A stretch of DNA of 64,000 nucleotides from assembly GCA_973895155.1 (NCBI GenBank), contig OZ316895.1, forward strand, positions 14,948,816-15,012,815, read 5' to 3'. Under the pieces are notes generated by a model, which was given only the letters and a program-made list of their open reading frames with translations, ran no database searches and was not told the DNA's origin. Below are positions 23,601 to 37,445 of the stretch, piece by piece. A program made the position numbers and the translations under genes. This DNA is from Marsupella aquatica (Eukaryota; Plantae; Marchantiophyta). Each line of letters starts with the position of its first letter. Position 1 is the first letter of the stretch.

Positions 23601-26600
23601 CTTTTGGATGCTAGAGATAATAAGAAGGCTGAAGAGGACGATCCTGTCACTCAGGTTAGTTGCGACACAAACACATCCGGGGTTTGTCATTTGTTTAGAG
23701 TTTCGTCCACTTGAACAGAAGGGTATTTCAGTAGTTTTCCTGTAATTTGAAGAGCTATGGTTCTAATGAGAGGAAGAAATTACTTGATTTTACACAAATT
23801 TTCACCTTTCGGAAGGCCCAAGGACGCTAAAAGTCTCCGTTCTTGGTTGATGTGACTTGGGATCAGGTTTACAAGCGCAGTCGGGACCTATGTCTGCAAC
23901 TATATGCCAAGGAGGTCTTTACAGAGACATCGTATCAGCACCTATATGGGTGGGTTGGCCTAGGTTCTTCCCCTAGTTAGCTGCTTTGGATCAAACAAAG
24001 TCGATAGAACTGTAATGATTTTTTATAGAATTCTTTGAGTGTCGACACTTGTCTGGATGGTGTAAAGAATAGTCCTAAATATTCTAGTCTTGCATCCAGT
24101 TTTGCTTCCCGTCTGGTTTCCGAAAGGTCCTAAATATCGTTACGATGTGAAGTCAGAAAATCAGTTCGCATGGAGAAATAGGTTGACACTTGTGTGCGGT
24201 CCTAATGGCTATTCACCATCTTATTCGAGTATTTACAATTTTAATGTGTCATTTGACCACAGGTTGCAGGAGAAGAAATTTGGAACTGAGCAGTTGGCAG
24301 TACTTTCCGTATGTTACCGTCAAATCTTTCATCGTCTCAGAGCTGTCATCGTTCGCATTTGTTGTGTATGGATTAGTTCACGGTCATACTGTACGTGGGT
24401 TTTGACTTGGCGGGATCTGACCGGTATCCCGAGTTGTTGGTTATGAAGTTTATTCAAAATGTCATGTTTGATATGCAGTCTTTATATTCTTGGAGGGATT
24501 CTATAGCACGCAAAGAAGACGAGAGTACTGGATTTGTGCTGCCAAACCACCTTCTGTTACAACTAGGTATACATCTCGTTGGTCCGATGGGTTCGAGTTA
24601 CACACTGCAGTGGTCTTATGATGCATTTTCTTTACAAGTCTTGCCTTGTGACACAATGATGGATGAAGATTTTTTGTTGTCATTAATTATTTTCCTAAAC
24701 ATAGTTTCTGCGTGGTTCCGGTAACGTACTTATAACTACAGATCTTCTTTAACGTTCACCTGATTGATATGTTCTATTGCAGCTGCTGAGATGCCAGGGG
24801 ATGTACGACAACTGCAGAGTTTTGTGAAGGGGTCACATTCCTTTGTGTCCCGTCACGCCAGCGCTGTTATTGAAATTATTCGTCAATCTAAGGAGAAAGC
24901 TTTGAGGGAACTACAAGAATCGCATCTCGAATCCGAGGAAGGAGAACTGACGGGAGAATCTCCAAGGGAAGATATTGTAAGTGACGAGATGAACAGTAAA
25001 GTCAGCAAGGTAACCCACTCTCTGCAGATTGATGAGACCGTGCGGGAAGTGGATGACGAAGGAAGAATCGAGACAAGTCAATCCTCGAAGACATTTCAAA
25101 CTGAAACCATGGTCACGCCAATGGAAACCAGAACAGATGAGTCTCTTGCATTGGAGACCACCGGAAGTGACGAGGCAGGACATTCTTTCAACCACACGAG
25201 GTCTGTAGTTGGGCAGTCGAAATTAACATCGGACATTTTGACAGGGCCAGTCATTGTGAGCAGGAAAACAATATCCTCTTTCTTCAGTAGGAAATCTGGA
25301 AAAACTTCATCCGTGCCTCTTCCATCCTCCGATGTACTAGTGGCCCCCAAGGGGCGTGATGGGACATTGGAGGCGCAGGACTCACCAGCACAACATTCGA
25401 TGGGACCAGTTTTGCCAACAGATAGTTCCCCACAAAATGTGGATCAAGCAATGCCAGATGCATGCCCTGATGAACGTAACCCAACTACTCTGGTTGAAGA
25501 GCAGGGACTAGATCGAAGAGTATCGGAGTCCTTGACAGCCAAGGTGGTGGTGACTAGTGTAGAAATTCAAGCTGCCGGGGCTGTGTCTTCAGCTACAGTG
25601 GAAGCCTTTGATAGGGCCGGAGACGAGCCTTTCGCCGTGCCAGAAATTTCACCATTACAGGTGACTGATGGAGACGGTAGAACTCCTCAGATCGAAGTCG
25701 ATGCATTTTTAGGGGACAAGTCCATCATTCCGGCCTCTATTGTAATTGAGAAGGTTTCTGAAAATGCATCGATCATACTGGCCAAGAGGAAACCTTCAAA
25801 ATTGGGAGCTTGGTTGAGTGGTCGCAAAAGAGTGTCACAAACAGGTCCAAGCGAATCTGCCACGGACGTGGAGCAGGTCAATTTCCACCCCGCTGTTTCG
25901 TCGGTGATTGGTTATCTGTTTCTCTGTTGCACAGGATCTCGGAATAGATTATTGTGATCTTGTGAGCTTGGATAAGAATATATTCCTCGTTTTCTCTGAA
26001 GCTTAACGCTCATTGTGACGCACAAATTAGTGCTCGGAGAACAGTCTAGGCAGGCCAGCAAGACAGTAATTTATGTCCATCTATTTCTCTCCCATTTATC
26101 TAAGTGTGATGTGGGTGAGCAGCCCTGCCTTTATGGTGTCTTCGTAGTAAGTTCAATTGTTTATCAATGTCAGTATCCTTGGACTAAGAGAATTCTTGAT
26201 GATAATGTTTGTGGACCATTCTCACAACAGGCAAGGATGAAGACCCAAGAAATCGAGTCTTCCATGGTGCTCCCATTTGGTCCCCCGGTTGAGTCGCTTG
26301 CAGACATGTCCGGAACGAATGAGCGGCCCCCTTTCGCAGGAGAAGAACAGACTATCACCGTACCAGAAGAAAAACTGGATGACTGCAATGGAAATCTTTA
26401 TGAGGAAAGTGCTAGACCAATTGATGCGGAGACGTCAGAAAGACCAGCCAGCAGCGCAACGACAGAGTTGCCGGACGTACTAATGCTCGAAACTGAGGCT
26501 GATGGAGACCTGCAAGAATCGAGAAAGCATCGAACGTGGTGGCCTCCTATGGGAGACAAGTCTGGCAACCAACGAAAGAGGGATTCAAATTCACCACGCC

Positions 26601-27166
26601 GAGGGCACCGGGACACAGCTCGTGATCAGCCATTTGATCAATCTCATAGTGACAGGAATCCTGACAAACCCATGTCTCTCTCTGAGATGCATCGGAATTC
26701 TCAAAGAAGGAAGCAAGGTAAAAGCCATTCTGAAGCTTCCTTTAACAGCGGTAAGCCTGAGGTCCCTGCAAGAGATCTTGATTCCAGAGGATCTGGAAGT
26801 AAAAGTAAGAAAAGAAGAAACGAACAAGCTCTTGTGACCGAGGATGATACACAGGTCAAGAGAATGGCAAGTACTACAAACAGGTTAGATTTGAGAAGTT
26901 TCAATTATAGAGAAGCCAGGGATGTCTTGGGTCTCAGCAATGTGTTCACAACAGAGAACTTAGAGGACAGAAAGGGAACAGGAAGGAATGGTAGGGGTAG
27001 AGGATCTAAGAAGGACAGCAGTAGTAGGCCTATACCACTGAGCAAGACAGCGTTTGATCCCCTGAGGAGGACCAGGGAAGAACCCAGGCCAGAAGGCATA
27101 AAGCCAGGACAACGACGGCAAGTCTTTCCTCAGTCTGGTAACCGCACGGCAGTGTTCAAGCAATGA
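20642..27166 (+). CDS. RRP6: Exosome-associated 3'-5' exoribonuclease RRP6-like (PMC2NT + DEDDy exonuclease + HRDC; RRP6L2-type), ~1229 aa as modelled
   Basis: 12 in-frame exons: 20642-21442, 21827-21982, 22384-22542, 22753-22836, 23113-23192, 23319-23369, 23543-23654, 23867-23949, 24263-24308, 24479-24566, 24783-25876 and 26231-27166. Motifs: [100 protein letters not shown] and C-terminal [12 protein letters not shown]. The start could be a slightly downstream Met. Confidence 0.96.
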
Positions 27167-29242
27167 TTGTTGTTGTATCTCTACTTGCCACTACTGTAAG
27201 AATCACACAAACATTTCCTTCCATGCCATTGGCGAAGTTGCTATTCGTGAGTCTGATGATGAATGGAGGTGATTTTAGGGGCTAACAGGAATTAGAGTAT
27301 TGCTCGTTGTAGCCTCTAACCATGCAAAGCTTCATACTTCACTAGCTGTTCCCCAAGGCATTGTTTGTATTGTATCTTTCTTTTTTAATGAGAAAGCATC
27401 ATTACAACAATACCCTTCTGAAGTTGATTGGAGGATGGACAACAATCTTAATTTGACCTAGAGACTAGAATAATTTGACTAGGGACTAGATTAAATGGCA
27501 CCAAAACCGAGAGTGCGCTCAGGCACTGTAATTACTTTTATCTATTAAGTCTTATAGCCACACATTAGTGGTACACCCTAAACCCCAATCAGAGAGCTGC
27601 ATAAAACCTTTCAAGTTCGACAAAAAAATAAGAAGTGATTCATCACCAAAATCAGACCAATTTTTTTCTCTGAGAATTTCTCGATTGTCACCTTTTTGGA
27701 TGAATGAGTAAGTTGCCACATTCTTTAGTTGATTAGTAGATGGCCGCTCTTTTTTCTTGGGTTATCATGTACAGTCAGCCTGAGATGATCCAATGGCCAA
27801 GTTTGAATGATCCGAGGGACCAAACTGATCTAAGATTAACTCATACCTTCCTTTTTCTAACCAGTTCAAGGCTTGGTCTACAGTTGGTTTCCCCACTCGA
27901 CTGTTGGACCTGTAGTGGCAACTTTTCTGGAATAATAAATATTGTATGTACACATTGCTCAACCTCTAACAATGGACATATTGGAAGTTAAAGTACCATC
28001 AATTCCATGTGCACATTGTCACCATCAATCATCAACATCCAATCCGATCCATTCATCTCAGAAATTTGATGGCTTGCTCGCGCCATTTTTTTACCATGTT
28101 TCTTGCTACAACTTTTTTTTACTTCTCACGGGGAAAATGATCCTCCCATGGACCACAACGTTGGTCTTTGAAAACCCCCATGGACCACATCCCAAAATTG
28201 AGTGTAATTGTAATAACTTGATGTGGTAATTTCAATTTTTTTGATTAGTTTTGAGGATGTGTTAGAGGAGTAGGAAGCTACACTTCCATCAAAGTGACAT
28301 TAACGTTTTGGCCATTTTGATTGAGTTATTCATCATGGAATGCGGAGGGGTTAATTCTTTTAGAATAATTTTCATTTTGTTATTATGAAGTATTTGGGCT
28401 TGTGTTTTTGAAGGTCTCCTCCTTCTCTAGTTGCCTTGCAGGTGCAAAACTCAATTTTTTTGAAAGGACTCATAATCATCAAGTTATAAGCCCAAAACTC
28501 CTATGCACCACCAGTATGTGGCCCATGGGAGCACTGGGTCCAGCATGTTAGTCCATCTCTGCTTCACTTTCTCTCACAGGTCTAACCATTTTTGGTGGCC
28601 TTGAGTCAAGCACAGACAGCCCTGCTTGTGTATTGCCAAACACATGGATATCCCTGTTTGTGAAGAAAAATGCAGATGTGGCCACACATGAAACTGACAA
28701 TTTGGGAAGCACTTCTTGTGGTGGTCTGCAAGGAGTGGCAGGTTAGTAATTTTGGCAAACAAAAGGTGGCAAGTTAGAAACTTTGCCCTAAACCCAACCC
28801 ACCCTCTACCCCACCCCCCCTCTTTTGTAACCTCTTCATCTAGTACTCTAGCGCAAAAAAGTTATCTTTTATCATGGGCCCTCCAGTTTATTTGCAAGCA
28901 TGGTCTACCTAGTGTAGGGTTATGGTCTTTCCCTCCAAACCCATCTCGGATGACATCTGAAAATACTCAGTATGAAAGTAGAACCCTTGCACTTTAGTCC
29001 ATGTAGTCCTAGTCCAAATGCTTGCTTCATGAATCTCATGCAAGCTTAGACATCCTATCCAAGCAACAAGTTCAGATCCCCTCCGAGCTTGTAGACAAAC
29101 TCATCAATTCAATTTTCTGAATTGCACTGACAGAAGAGTTGAAGATTCTGAGATGCACGGTGTGAATTGCGGCGATAACAAGGCGAGAGAGCGAGATAGC
29201 ATCAGCTGGAGCTCTGGATGAAAATACCTGTGGAAGATTTCG

Positions 29243-32200
29243 ATGGCGCAGCACAATATGAATTCAGTGTTCTACGCAACTAGTTACCACCCAATTCAGG
29301 CGGGAAGCATCGATGGCACGGATACTGCATCTCATGACAATGGCGTCTACAGAGCCCTCGTGGCCTCCTCCACGGGCCTCTGTATGTCTCTTCACTTCAT
29401 ATCCCTTTTCTTTTGGGCTGATAAATGCGGTCCTTTCGATGCTTGAACAGTCTACATCTGTCTCCTGGGTCTGTAGAATTTATGGAGAATAATTGTCTCT
29501 GTGTCCCTATTGCGCTTTAAAATGGCCAAAAGTATTCTTAATTCTGAGGTTCAAGTTTCGATATGCCTCGGATTTCGGATCTTTTAGATTTTCAAAAGGT
29601 GTAAATGTATCAAATTGCTCCACCACAAGGCTGGCCCAATCTCTAGTTGCTGGCAAGCTCAGCTGTGAATGCTCGATATATCTATAATTCGCCTCGAAAA
29701 TCAGAACTCTAGCGTATTCTTTCTTTGTGGCCCAGTAGCCCACCGACCAAGAGTTCTGGACTGCCTTATCGTAGAGGGACTAAAGACAACGAAAAATATG
29801 ATAGTAGTAGACAGGAATCGAGCTCTAGTGCATCTTTTTTCTTTGGACAGTTTTGGGTTTTTGACTCTCCTGATCTTGTACTGCATGTTCTCCACGACTT
29901 CCTTGCAGATGATCCCACAGGCGATCCGAAGGCCGAGGGAGATCCGTTTTGCACTCTCTTTGTTGGCCGCATGGCGCACCATACAACGGAAAAGACTTTG
30001 CATGAGGTTGTAACAGCCGAACCCTTACAATACAGCTCGAACTTACTTGTGGATATTCAGAACGGGCTCCCAAACCCTTGTGAGACTGATGTGGGAGAGT
30101 GATGGGCAGGTAGACTAAGGGCATTCTTGGCAGTAATGTGGTATTGTGGAATCCTTCTCGGCTACTAGCTTATGAAATAGAAACCAGTAATTTAAAAAAT
30201 ATGTAAAACACAAGTCATCTCAAAAACTTCGAGGCCTTAAACAAATTAGGTCTTTTGATCCTAGAAATTCCTTTACCAGACTGTATCTGAAGAGATCTCT
30301 TTTGTAACGCTTTCTGATCAAGATGCACGGTTGGAATTAGCGTGCAGGTTATGAGCAAGTATGGAAGAGTCAAGCGTCTACGGCTGGTCCGTCACATTGG
30401 TATGCTCCGAGCTTGATATTCCTAGAGTTCTTAAGTGACATGCATGGTTGTAATACATATGTTTCCACGCTGGAGTGAAAATGCTTGATACTTAGTTGTG
30501 CTAAACGCACGATTGCCTTACTGAAAAGTTTGCCTGACTCTCAGATTTCCAACTTTTGAGAGAGTCAAGTAACTAGGCTAGATCACCTGGAAGAGCTTCC
30601 AGGACGGATGTAGACACGGAGTATTCAAAACTGTTAAGTCCATGTCATTCGAAAAGGAAGATGTCGGTCAAAATGTCAAAATTGAACAAGATTATCATTT
30701 ACTTCAGTAAAGAACCTTCTTTGCCATTTGTCTTTCCCTATTTTCGACTGAGAACGATCCTATCCTTGAAAAGCCAAATGAATATTCAATATCTTGCGTC
30801 TGACAGGTCTAACTTTTTCCATATTACAGTGACAGGGGCATCACGTGGATATGCTTTTGTGGAGTTTGAAAGTGAGTATGACATGCAGAATGCCTATGAG
30901 GTAACAATCACTTGAAAATGTAGAGGATGGCCAGTATTCTGCATTGTGGATGTTTGTATAAGTTCACGGTTGAGAAGAAGAAAGCGTCATGACGAGCATT
31001 GGCAAACGAGATATTACTTTTGTTTCTTTGCGCTGTTCATTCTCGAGCATCGTCAAGAAAACAGTAAATTGCTTCCATGGCAATCATATTTTCCTTTGTG
31101 TGTTTAAGAACTGGACGAAGCAATTTAATCGTTTAGCAAATTGGGAAGGCTGTAGTGGTCAGCTGAGACATTACAATTTGGATAGAATTGCTCATCCGAA
31201 TGTTGATCGGTATGATTGAGTCGCTGACAAACAACCTGCCCTGACTCTGCTGTGTTCCTTGGATGCAAGGTAGCACAGCATGATATAATTGATGGTTCGT
31301 CAATATTGGTAGATTATAACCGCCAGCAGTTGATGCCTGGTTGGATACCACGGAGATTAGGTATGTCATTTATTTAACGCAGAAACGTATTGACAAACAA
31401 TTGTGAGCAAGCTCGGGCTTGTCTGGCTAATCTGTAAGAGGGTCATTTTACTGCCCATGGATTGTATAACGGTTCGTGTTATCATTGTCTTTATGACATA
31501 CTCCGTACCTTGTCTCCAAGCATCTTAGAGCTGATAATAGTGAAACAACAGTGTGCTGTAATAGTTATTGAAATCTCCCTAATGCTCCCAAGTGTCACAA
31601 ATAGGTCGTTCTTTGAACATGAAAGTGCCAGTCCTGATCACCATTTGAAATGCTTGATTTGGAGTTTTCTTTTCCCAGGGGGTGGGTTGGGTGGCCGTAA
31701 AGAATCAGGGCAGTTGAGGTTTGGTGGACGTGATCGCCCATTTCGAGCACCACTGTGAGCAGATTCTTTCCAGATCTCGTTAGCCCACTTTTGCAATGTA
31801 GATAATCTTCTCAATTGGAAGCAGCATGAGCGTTTGAGATCCTTTATATGAAGTTTGGGATTGTCAAATGCAGCCCAGAAGCTAGCTAACCACTGAGCTG
31901 CTTTTGGGCCGAGTGGATTACAATTATTCCCACAAAAGATCAGTATCGTGGCTGTGGAAGAACGTTCACGCAAGCAACACCTTTTTTGTTCAGTGTTCTG
32001 ACATGATTATTTCTTCACAGGCGTTCCATTCCGAGTGAACAATTGACGAAACTAGGAATTCCGCTGCCACCTGTGGGTCGATATATGTCTCGTTTTCAGG
32101 TGAGCTTTCATCTCGTGTTTGGCCTCTAGAAACTGATCTGTAGGTTGCCTAGTTTTCAGTCATTACCTTTTGTTCCCTGGCAAGTTTGCAAGTACTTCCT

Positions 32201-33612
32201 TGAGCCTATTTGACGTTGGGCGTTTCAACGTTCATGAACATCCATGGAGACTTGGGGTATCTTAGGCCTCTGTGAGAGCTGAGTACTCCAAAATCCATGT
32301 TGAAGCTATATGTTTGTCGCACAGCATTTCTGTAAGCTTTGCGATGGAAGTGATGATGGTCAATCGGAATAAGCCCCAAATGTAGGTAGCGAAGCAGATA
32401 CTTTGTACAGTCGCAAATCATGCTGGGGCCATTACGGTGCCACTTCGTAATTTGTTACTCACACAAGTCCTTGTTGAGGAACCTGGTAGTAGTATGCACA
32501 TTGTTATAGGTCGAGTGAACAGTATGACGAAGAATTTTATAGTGATGGAGGATCCTCCATTTCCGCACGGTGCCACTTCGTAATTTGTTACTTACATAAG
32601 TCCTTGTTGATGAACCTGGTAGTAGTATGCACATTGTTATAGGTCCAGTGAACAGTAGTGACGAAGAATTTGTATAGTGATGGAGGAGCCTCCATTTCCG
32701 TTCTTTATTCTGATCGAAGGTAAAAGTCCCTGAGGGGACTCATTTGCCTTGGGACGTGATCTAGTTCTTCTTACAACTGGATGCCCATGGCAGCTACCTC
32801 CGATACCGCGACGACCAGGGAGTTCAAAGGACGGTGCCCATCTCAAACAAAGGTCAGCTTATAGACGAAGTCCTAAACATGAGGTTGAACGAGCTGAGAT
32901 GGAGCAACGAGCAGAATCCTCTTCAAGACTGGGCAGGCGATCCGTAGGTAGAGAAAGAGAGTCCACCACGCATGAGGAGCACAGTGGTAGACCAAGAGCA
33001 GAGGAAGATGCTGATCGAGCTTATGCAGATGAGAAACAGCATAGAAAGAGAAGGCACTCTGACCAAGAGGACGAGCGCGTTGATAGTGAAAAGACCTCGA
33101 GGTCCGGTCATGGAGAGAGAGAACGCAGCAGGCATCGAGACCGAGATCATGAATACTTGAAAGAGCACAAAAAGAGAAGGCACTCTAACCAAGGGGACGA
33201 TCCAGTTGAACATGAGAAATCCACAATTTCCGGTCATGAAGATAAAGAAAGCATCGTTACTCAAGACGAAGGGCATGAACGTAGGAAAGATAGGAAAAAA
33301 AGAAGTCATTCTGAGCACTGGGATGAACAACTTGATTATGAAACGTCCTCAAGGTCCGGTCATGAAGACAAAGATAGCAGCCGACATCATGAGAGGTCCA
33401 GAAGCAGGTCCAAGCACAAACATAGAGATAGTGGGCACCATGAGTCTTCAACAAGCAAGTCTAGGCACAACGAAAGAGACGGTGGTCATCGTCATAAGAG
33501 TGATCGAGGGACACAGTCAAGGGAAAGCACTGCAGAATATGATAGGTCACCAAAGCATGGAAGTGAACAAAGTAGACATAGTCGAAGCAAGCAAAGGAGA
33601 AAGGATGAGTAG
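29243..33612 (+). CDS. SNRNP35: U11/U12 small nuclear ribonucleoprotein 35 kDa protein (minor spliceosome, RRM)
   Basis: Exons 29243-29381, 29909-30006, 30348-30399, 30830-30900, 31270-31360, 31679-31754, 32021-32099 and 32794-33612. Motifs: [38 protein letters not shown] (RNP1) and [42 protein letters not shown], followed by an Arg/Ser/His/Glu-rich tail. Confidence 0.96.
32434..32700. repeat. 133-bp tandem duplication in the last SNRNP35 intron
   Basis: ACGGTGCCACTTCGTAATTTGTTACT...GATGGAGGA(T/G)CCTCCATTTCCG starts at 32434 and again at 32567. The copies differ by only a few substitutions and indels. Confidence 0.95.
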
Positions 33613-36600
33613 ATGGGTGACATTTTGAGCCAAAGGCCTCATTTCTGCAAATGCTAAACTAGAATGATAAAAATCATTTTCATCCCCAGAATGACGACCA
33701 ATTCCAGTTCGGGCAAGTATAGTGAATGTCACTGCCAAGTGCAGATTTTCCAAACGTGTTCTCATGTCGTGTATCCTCCATCCAGGAAAGGCACAATCCT
33801 CCAAGGGTTTTGGTAATCTGAGTGAAATTCTTCGAGAATGTCTGGTGGTGGATTATGGAAGATTTGAAGAAGGGTACAAGGGAGCAGTACCAAGTACTAC
33901 CTCTATTCATTCGAAATCAGAACAACACTGTAAAAAGAAATGTCATGTCTATGAGATGATTTCTTGTCCTAAAGAACTCATTTGATTCCTAAGTTTGCCG
34001 CTTGTAGGAAACACTGAAGCTCACTGTGCAGTAAGAACATTATTTCTCCATTGTCCTCTAAAAGATTTTGCTCTTTTGACGCCCAAAATTACTCTTCGAT
34101 GCTTCGTTTCCAAGAAGACCATTTTTCTCCGTTGCAACTCCTGTTGTTCAGACTCTTCACGGTTCCCATACTTGGAAATTCTGATGTCTAAGTGGCAAAA
34201 CCAATGGCACCATAGTCATTGTGTGATTAAATTCAAGCGGACCAAAACAGAGGCAGAAGGATATGCCGAAAGAAAAGAGGGAAGGAACGTAGAAAAATTC
34301 AGACACCCCTTGGCACCATATATACTTTGTGGGATTGAACTCAAGTGGACCAAAACAGAGCAGAAAGGATGTGCCAAAATAAGAGAGGGAATGAACAGAG
34401 GGTCGAGCAGCAGTTTAACACAAATTCCCACGGTAAAAGTCATCAACAATTTTCACCCCTCTCAAAACTGACAAAACCAAGCCAGGATGGCCCTAGACAT
34501 TGTCCTAGCCCATCCCCATGGACTGCTGAAAGTTAACAGCGTGGAAAGAGAGGCTGCATTTAAGATAGAGTTTGGGACGAGTAGTCCTTTCAGACTCCCC
34601 GACCAAATGTAAACTCCAGGTTTTTGGCAGACCTGTCCTTTTTTTAACATCTTCTAGATCTCTGTTTAAGCTCAAGTGTTTCCAGCATGTTCTATGATGT
34701 TACTTGACAAAGTTTGAAACTCTTTTGAGTGTTTACTCTGTATTCAATGATCACAAAAATGGTGGAATACTATAAATTTTCTAAATTCTTTGTGGAATAT
34801 TATAAATCACCGAAAAACAAGCGCTCCAATTTTGTGAAGGACACCCTCAGTAATTTGGGCATGACAATGACTTTCAACTGAAGCTGTTGTTGATCCAACA
34901 TGGAATGGAGTGGAACTCAAATTTTAGACCACCTCTGTTGGAGGTCTCTTCTTCTGGCTGCTTGGTCTATTCCTACTTTGAGTCATTTGCATTAAAAGTG
35001 GACCCGCAAGTCCTTCATATATATGATTGTTTGTTGTCCGAGCTAAAAAGACTCTACCCAAAGAATACCCTGGCATTCAGGTGGAGTGGGTCCCCAATCT
35101 GTCCTTTGGTAAATTACTCTAGCACAACTTGCTCCGCTTAGCTTTACAAGAACTTAGGGGACCATCAAAGGACTCCAAAAAGGCTTTTAGCCCCCCTGTA
35201 CAATACTTTTAGTGTGTAAACTGACCCTCCATTTTGTTTGGTGAAAAAGGCTCACAAGTGCCCCAAAGTCTTGTAAAGTCACGCTCATAACCAGCCCACA
35301 TTCAAAACAAGCTTTGCATGTAGCATCTGAGGACAACATAACTTCAGCTGAGGGCCCCACTTTGACCCTAGGGGAGCATCACATGCAACAATGAAAAAGT
35401 TGTATTTAATTCATTCTGAGAAAGGCCTTGTAAGGAATGATATGGAAATAAGAGTTCAAATATTAAAAATGTCACTGGTCGTCACATGGTTAGCATAGAT
35501 TTCTTTATTTTTCATCACTAGTATAGAGCACAGTGTTTAAATAGACAACCTGCTCTCTATTACTAGGAAATCAGGTCCAGCAACAAGCAACTGTCTGTGC
35601 TAATAAACAAGCTTTGAGGAGGCTATGAGACATTTTGTTTATAGTGCTATTATGGGGCATCTTTGTTTCAGTCTCCTAAGCTATTTTTTGGTTATTATTT
35701 TTAGTTTCAATTTCAATCTACAAGAGCTGTAGTTTTTTTTATTTTTCCATTTTGAGATTACCTGTACCCCCAACATATGTTTCTTGCATTCCCTTCTAAT
35801 TATGCCAAACGTTCCATAAACCTATTCAGCTTCAATATTGAGTTTCCAGATTTTTTATTTGCATCTTTGGGAACAGGTTCTTGGTGAGTCCAAGGATCAA
35901 GCCCTTGGCCTTTGACTCCCCAACCAACACAACCACCAATATGCTCAGCAAGGATGCAAGAATTTGATGGAGTCATTGGGTTTATTCAAAGGTGCAACTA
36001 TGCCAGAATTCTTATTTTTGAAACTGCTATATGGTGAATCCACCTTTCAGATTTTGTTTTATTGAGAGTTTTGGTGTCATTATTTTTATTTCAATGTGCC
36101 TTACATTTTTAATTATTTTATGGACCCTTTAATTTACAATTTTATTTAATTTATGGACCCCTTTAATTTTTAGGATTTTAAAGTGTTTTGAACTTATTTT
36201 GGCAGCCCCCTTATAAATTTTAATGTTTGTGATTTATTAGAAATGAAATGAAAGGCTCCACCACTTGAACATTCTCATGAATGAGAGAAATGATTCTAAT
36301 TGTGTCTTAAGTTCCCCTCATGTCTTTCTTTCCTAAATTTATGGTTTATATTGAAATGAGTGTCATTCATGAGGACATTGAATTAAGTGCACACATGGTA
36401 GCATCCTTGATTGTACTTTTCATTGGTCACTGTGCACCAATCCTTCTAGTTATGTTCTCATATTCTATTTACTTTCAAATCACTACAAGACAACAACTCA
36501 AACATGTTCCAGGATGAGCATGCTATATATTCAAAGGCACAAGGATGCCAGAATTTATGTTCATGATATTATATTTAGTCTTCAATAGCCCACACCCCTG

Positions 36601-37405
36601 CCCCGCATCTCGTTGAGCACACATGGTTTGAGAGTTCGAGACTGCCACTCCAATGAGAGTTTCACGCAGCTACTGAAGACTAAAATAATATCAGGCAGTG
36701 GGAGCTCACAATCTGCACATTGAAGGCTACATATGATCTCAGGTAGTGGGGACCTCACACTCTGCAATTGGTAGGCCAGGGTAAAGTAGCCAAAGTAGGG
36801 AGTAGTAGAAAATGTTGAGCCAAAGATGACTCTTTCAGTCGTCACTTAACCAAAGAGTCAAGGGGTGGCTATTAAAATATTCTTCTCTATGAGGTTTTTA
36901 GTATGGATGGGATCTCTTATTTTTTGCCTTCAAACCAAAAGCTCACCCATCCATCAGGGGATAGACTACCAGCTCGACGGCATGCACATCTGTAGGGTAG
37001 CCACGAGGAGGGTCATACCAAGGGATCTGACAGGGACCAGACCAGGAAGGAGAGAGGGTTGGACTAGAGCCCCAAAACAGACCACCCTAAACCCAGCCAC
37101 CAGCTGGATGGGATCTCTCCGTAAGATGGTGAAAACTCTGACTCTAAATGTGGTCCTTCAAGTCAAGAGTCACATGATTAGAGTTGCATTGTGAGCTTTC
37201 AATGCCATCCAAGTCCAAACCCTGGCCCAAACTTAAGGTTTGGATTAAGATCAACTGCTAGAAGTTTGTACCTTATGGACTGCACTAAGTGAAGCAATAA
37301 TAGTGGGACCTGGAAACTTGATCCTGTATCCCAGGGTGGGGCAGTCAGGGAGAGTAACAGTAGTACCTTATTGCCATGAAAGGTTAAATCTCTTGCCCCC
37401 CCCCC

Positions 37406-37408
<3 letters not shown>

Positions 37409-37443
<35 letters not shown>
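37409..37443. repeat. (AC)n microsatellite preceded by a poly-C run
   Basis: Direct reading of the sequence. Confidence 0.97.

Positions 37444-37445
<2 letters not shown>

Noticed and set aside
27740-29050. Possible decayed LINE ORF fragments here and at ~34500-35400 and ~36580-37390
   Set aside because: The composition is suggestive, but I could not read any diagnostic RT, endonuclease or zinc-knuckle motif. A BLASTX search is needed before annotating.
30755-30770. ATCCTATCCTTG in a SNRNP35 intron as a USSE-like U11-binding element
   Set aside because: It is a single imperfect match. Known USSEs are tandem RTATCCTT motifs described for the 48K and 65K genes, not 35K.
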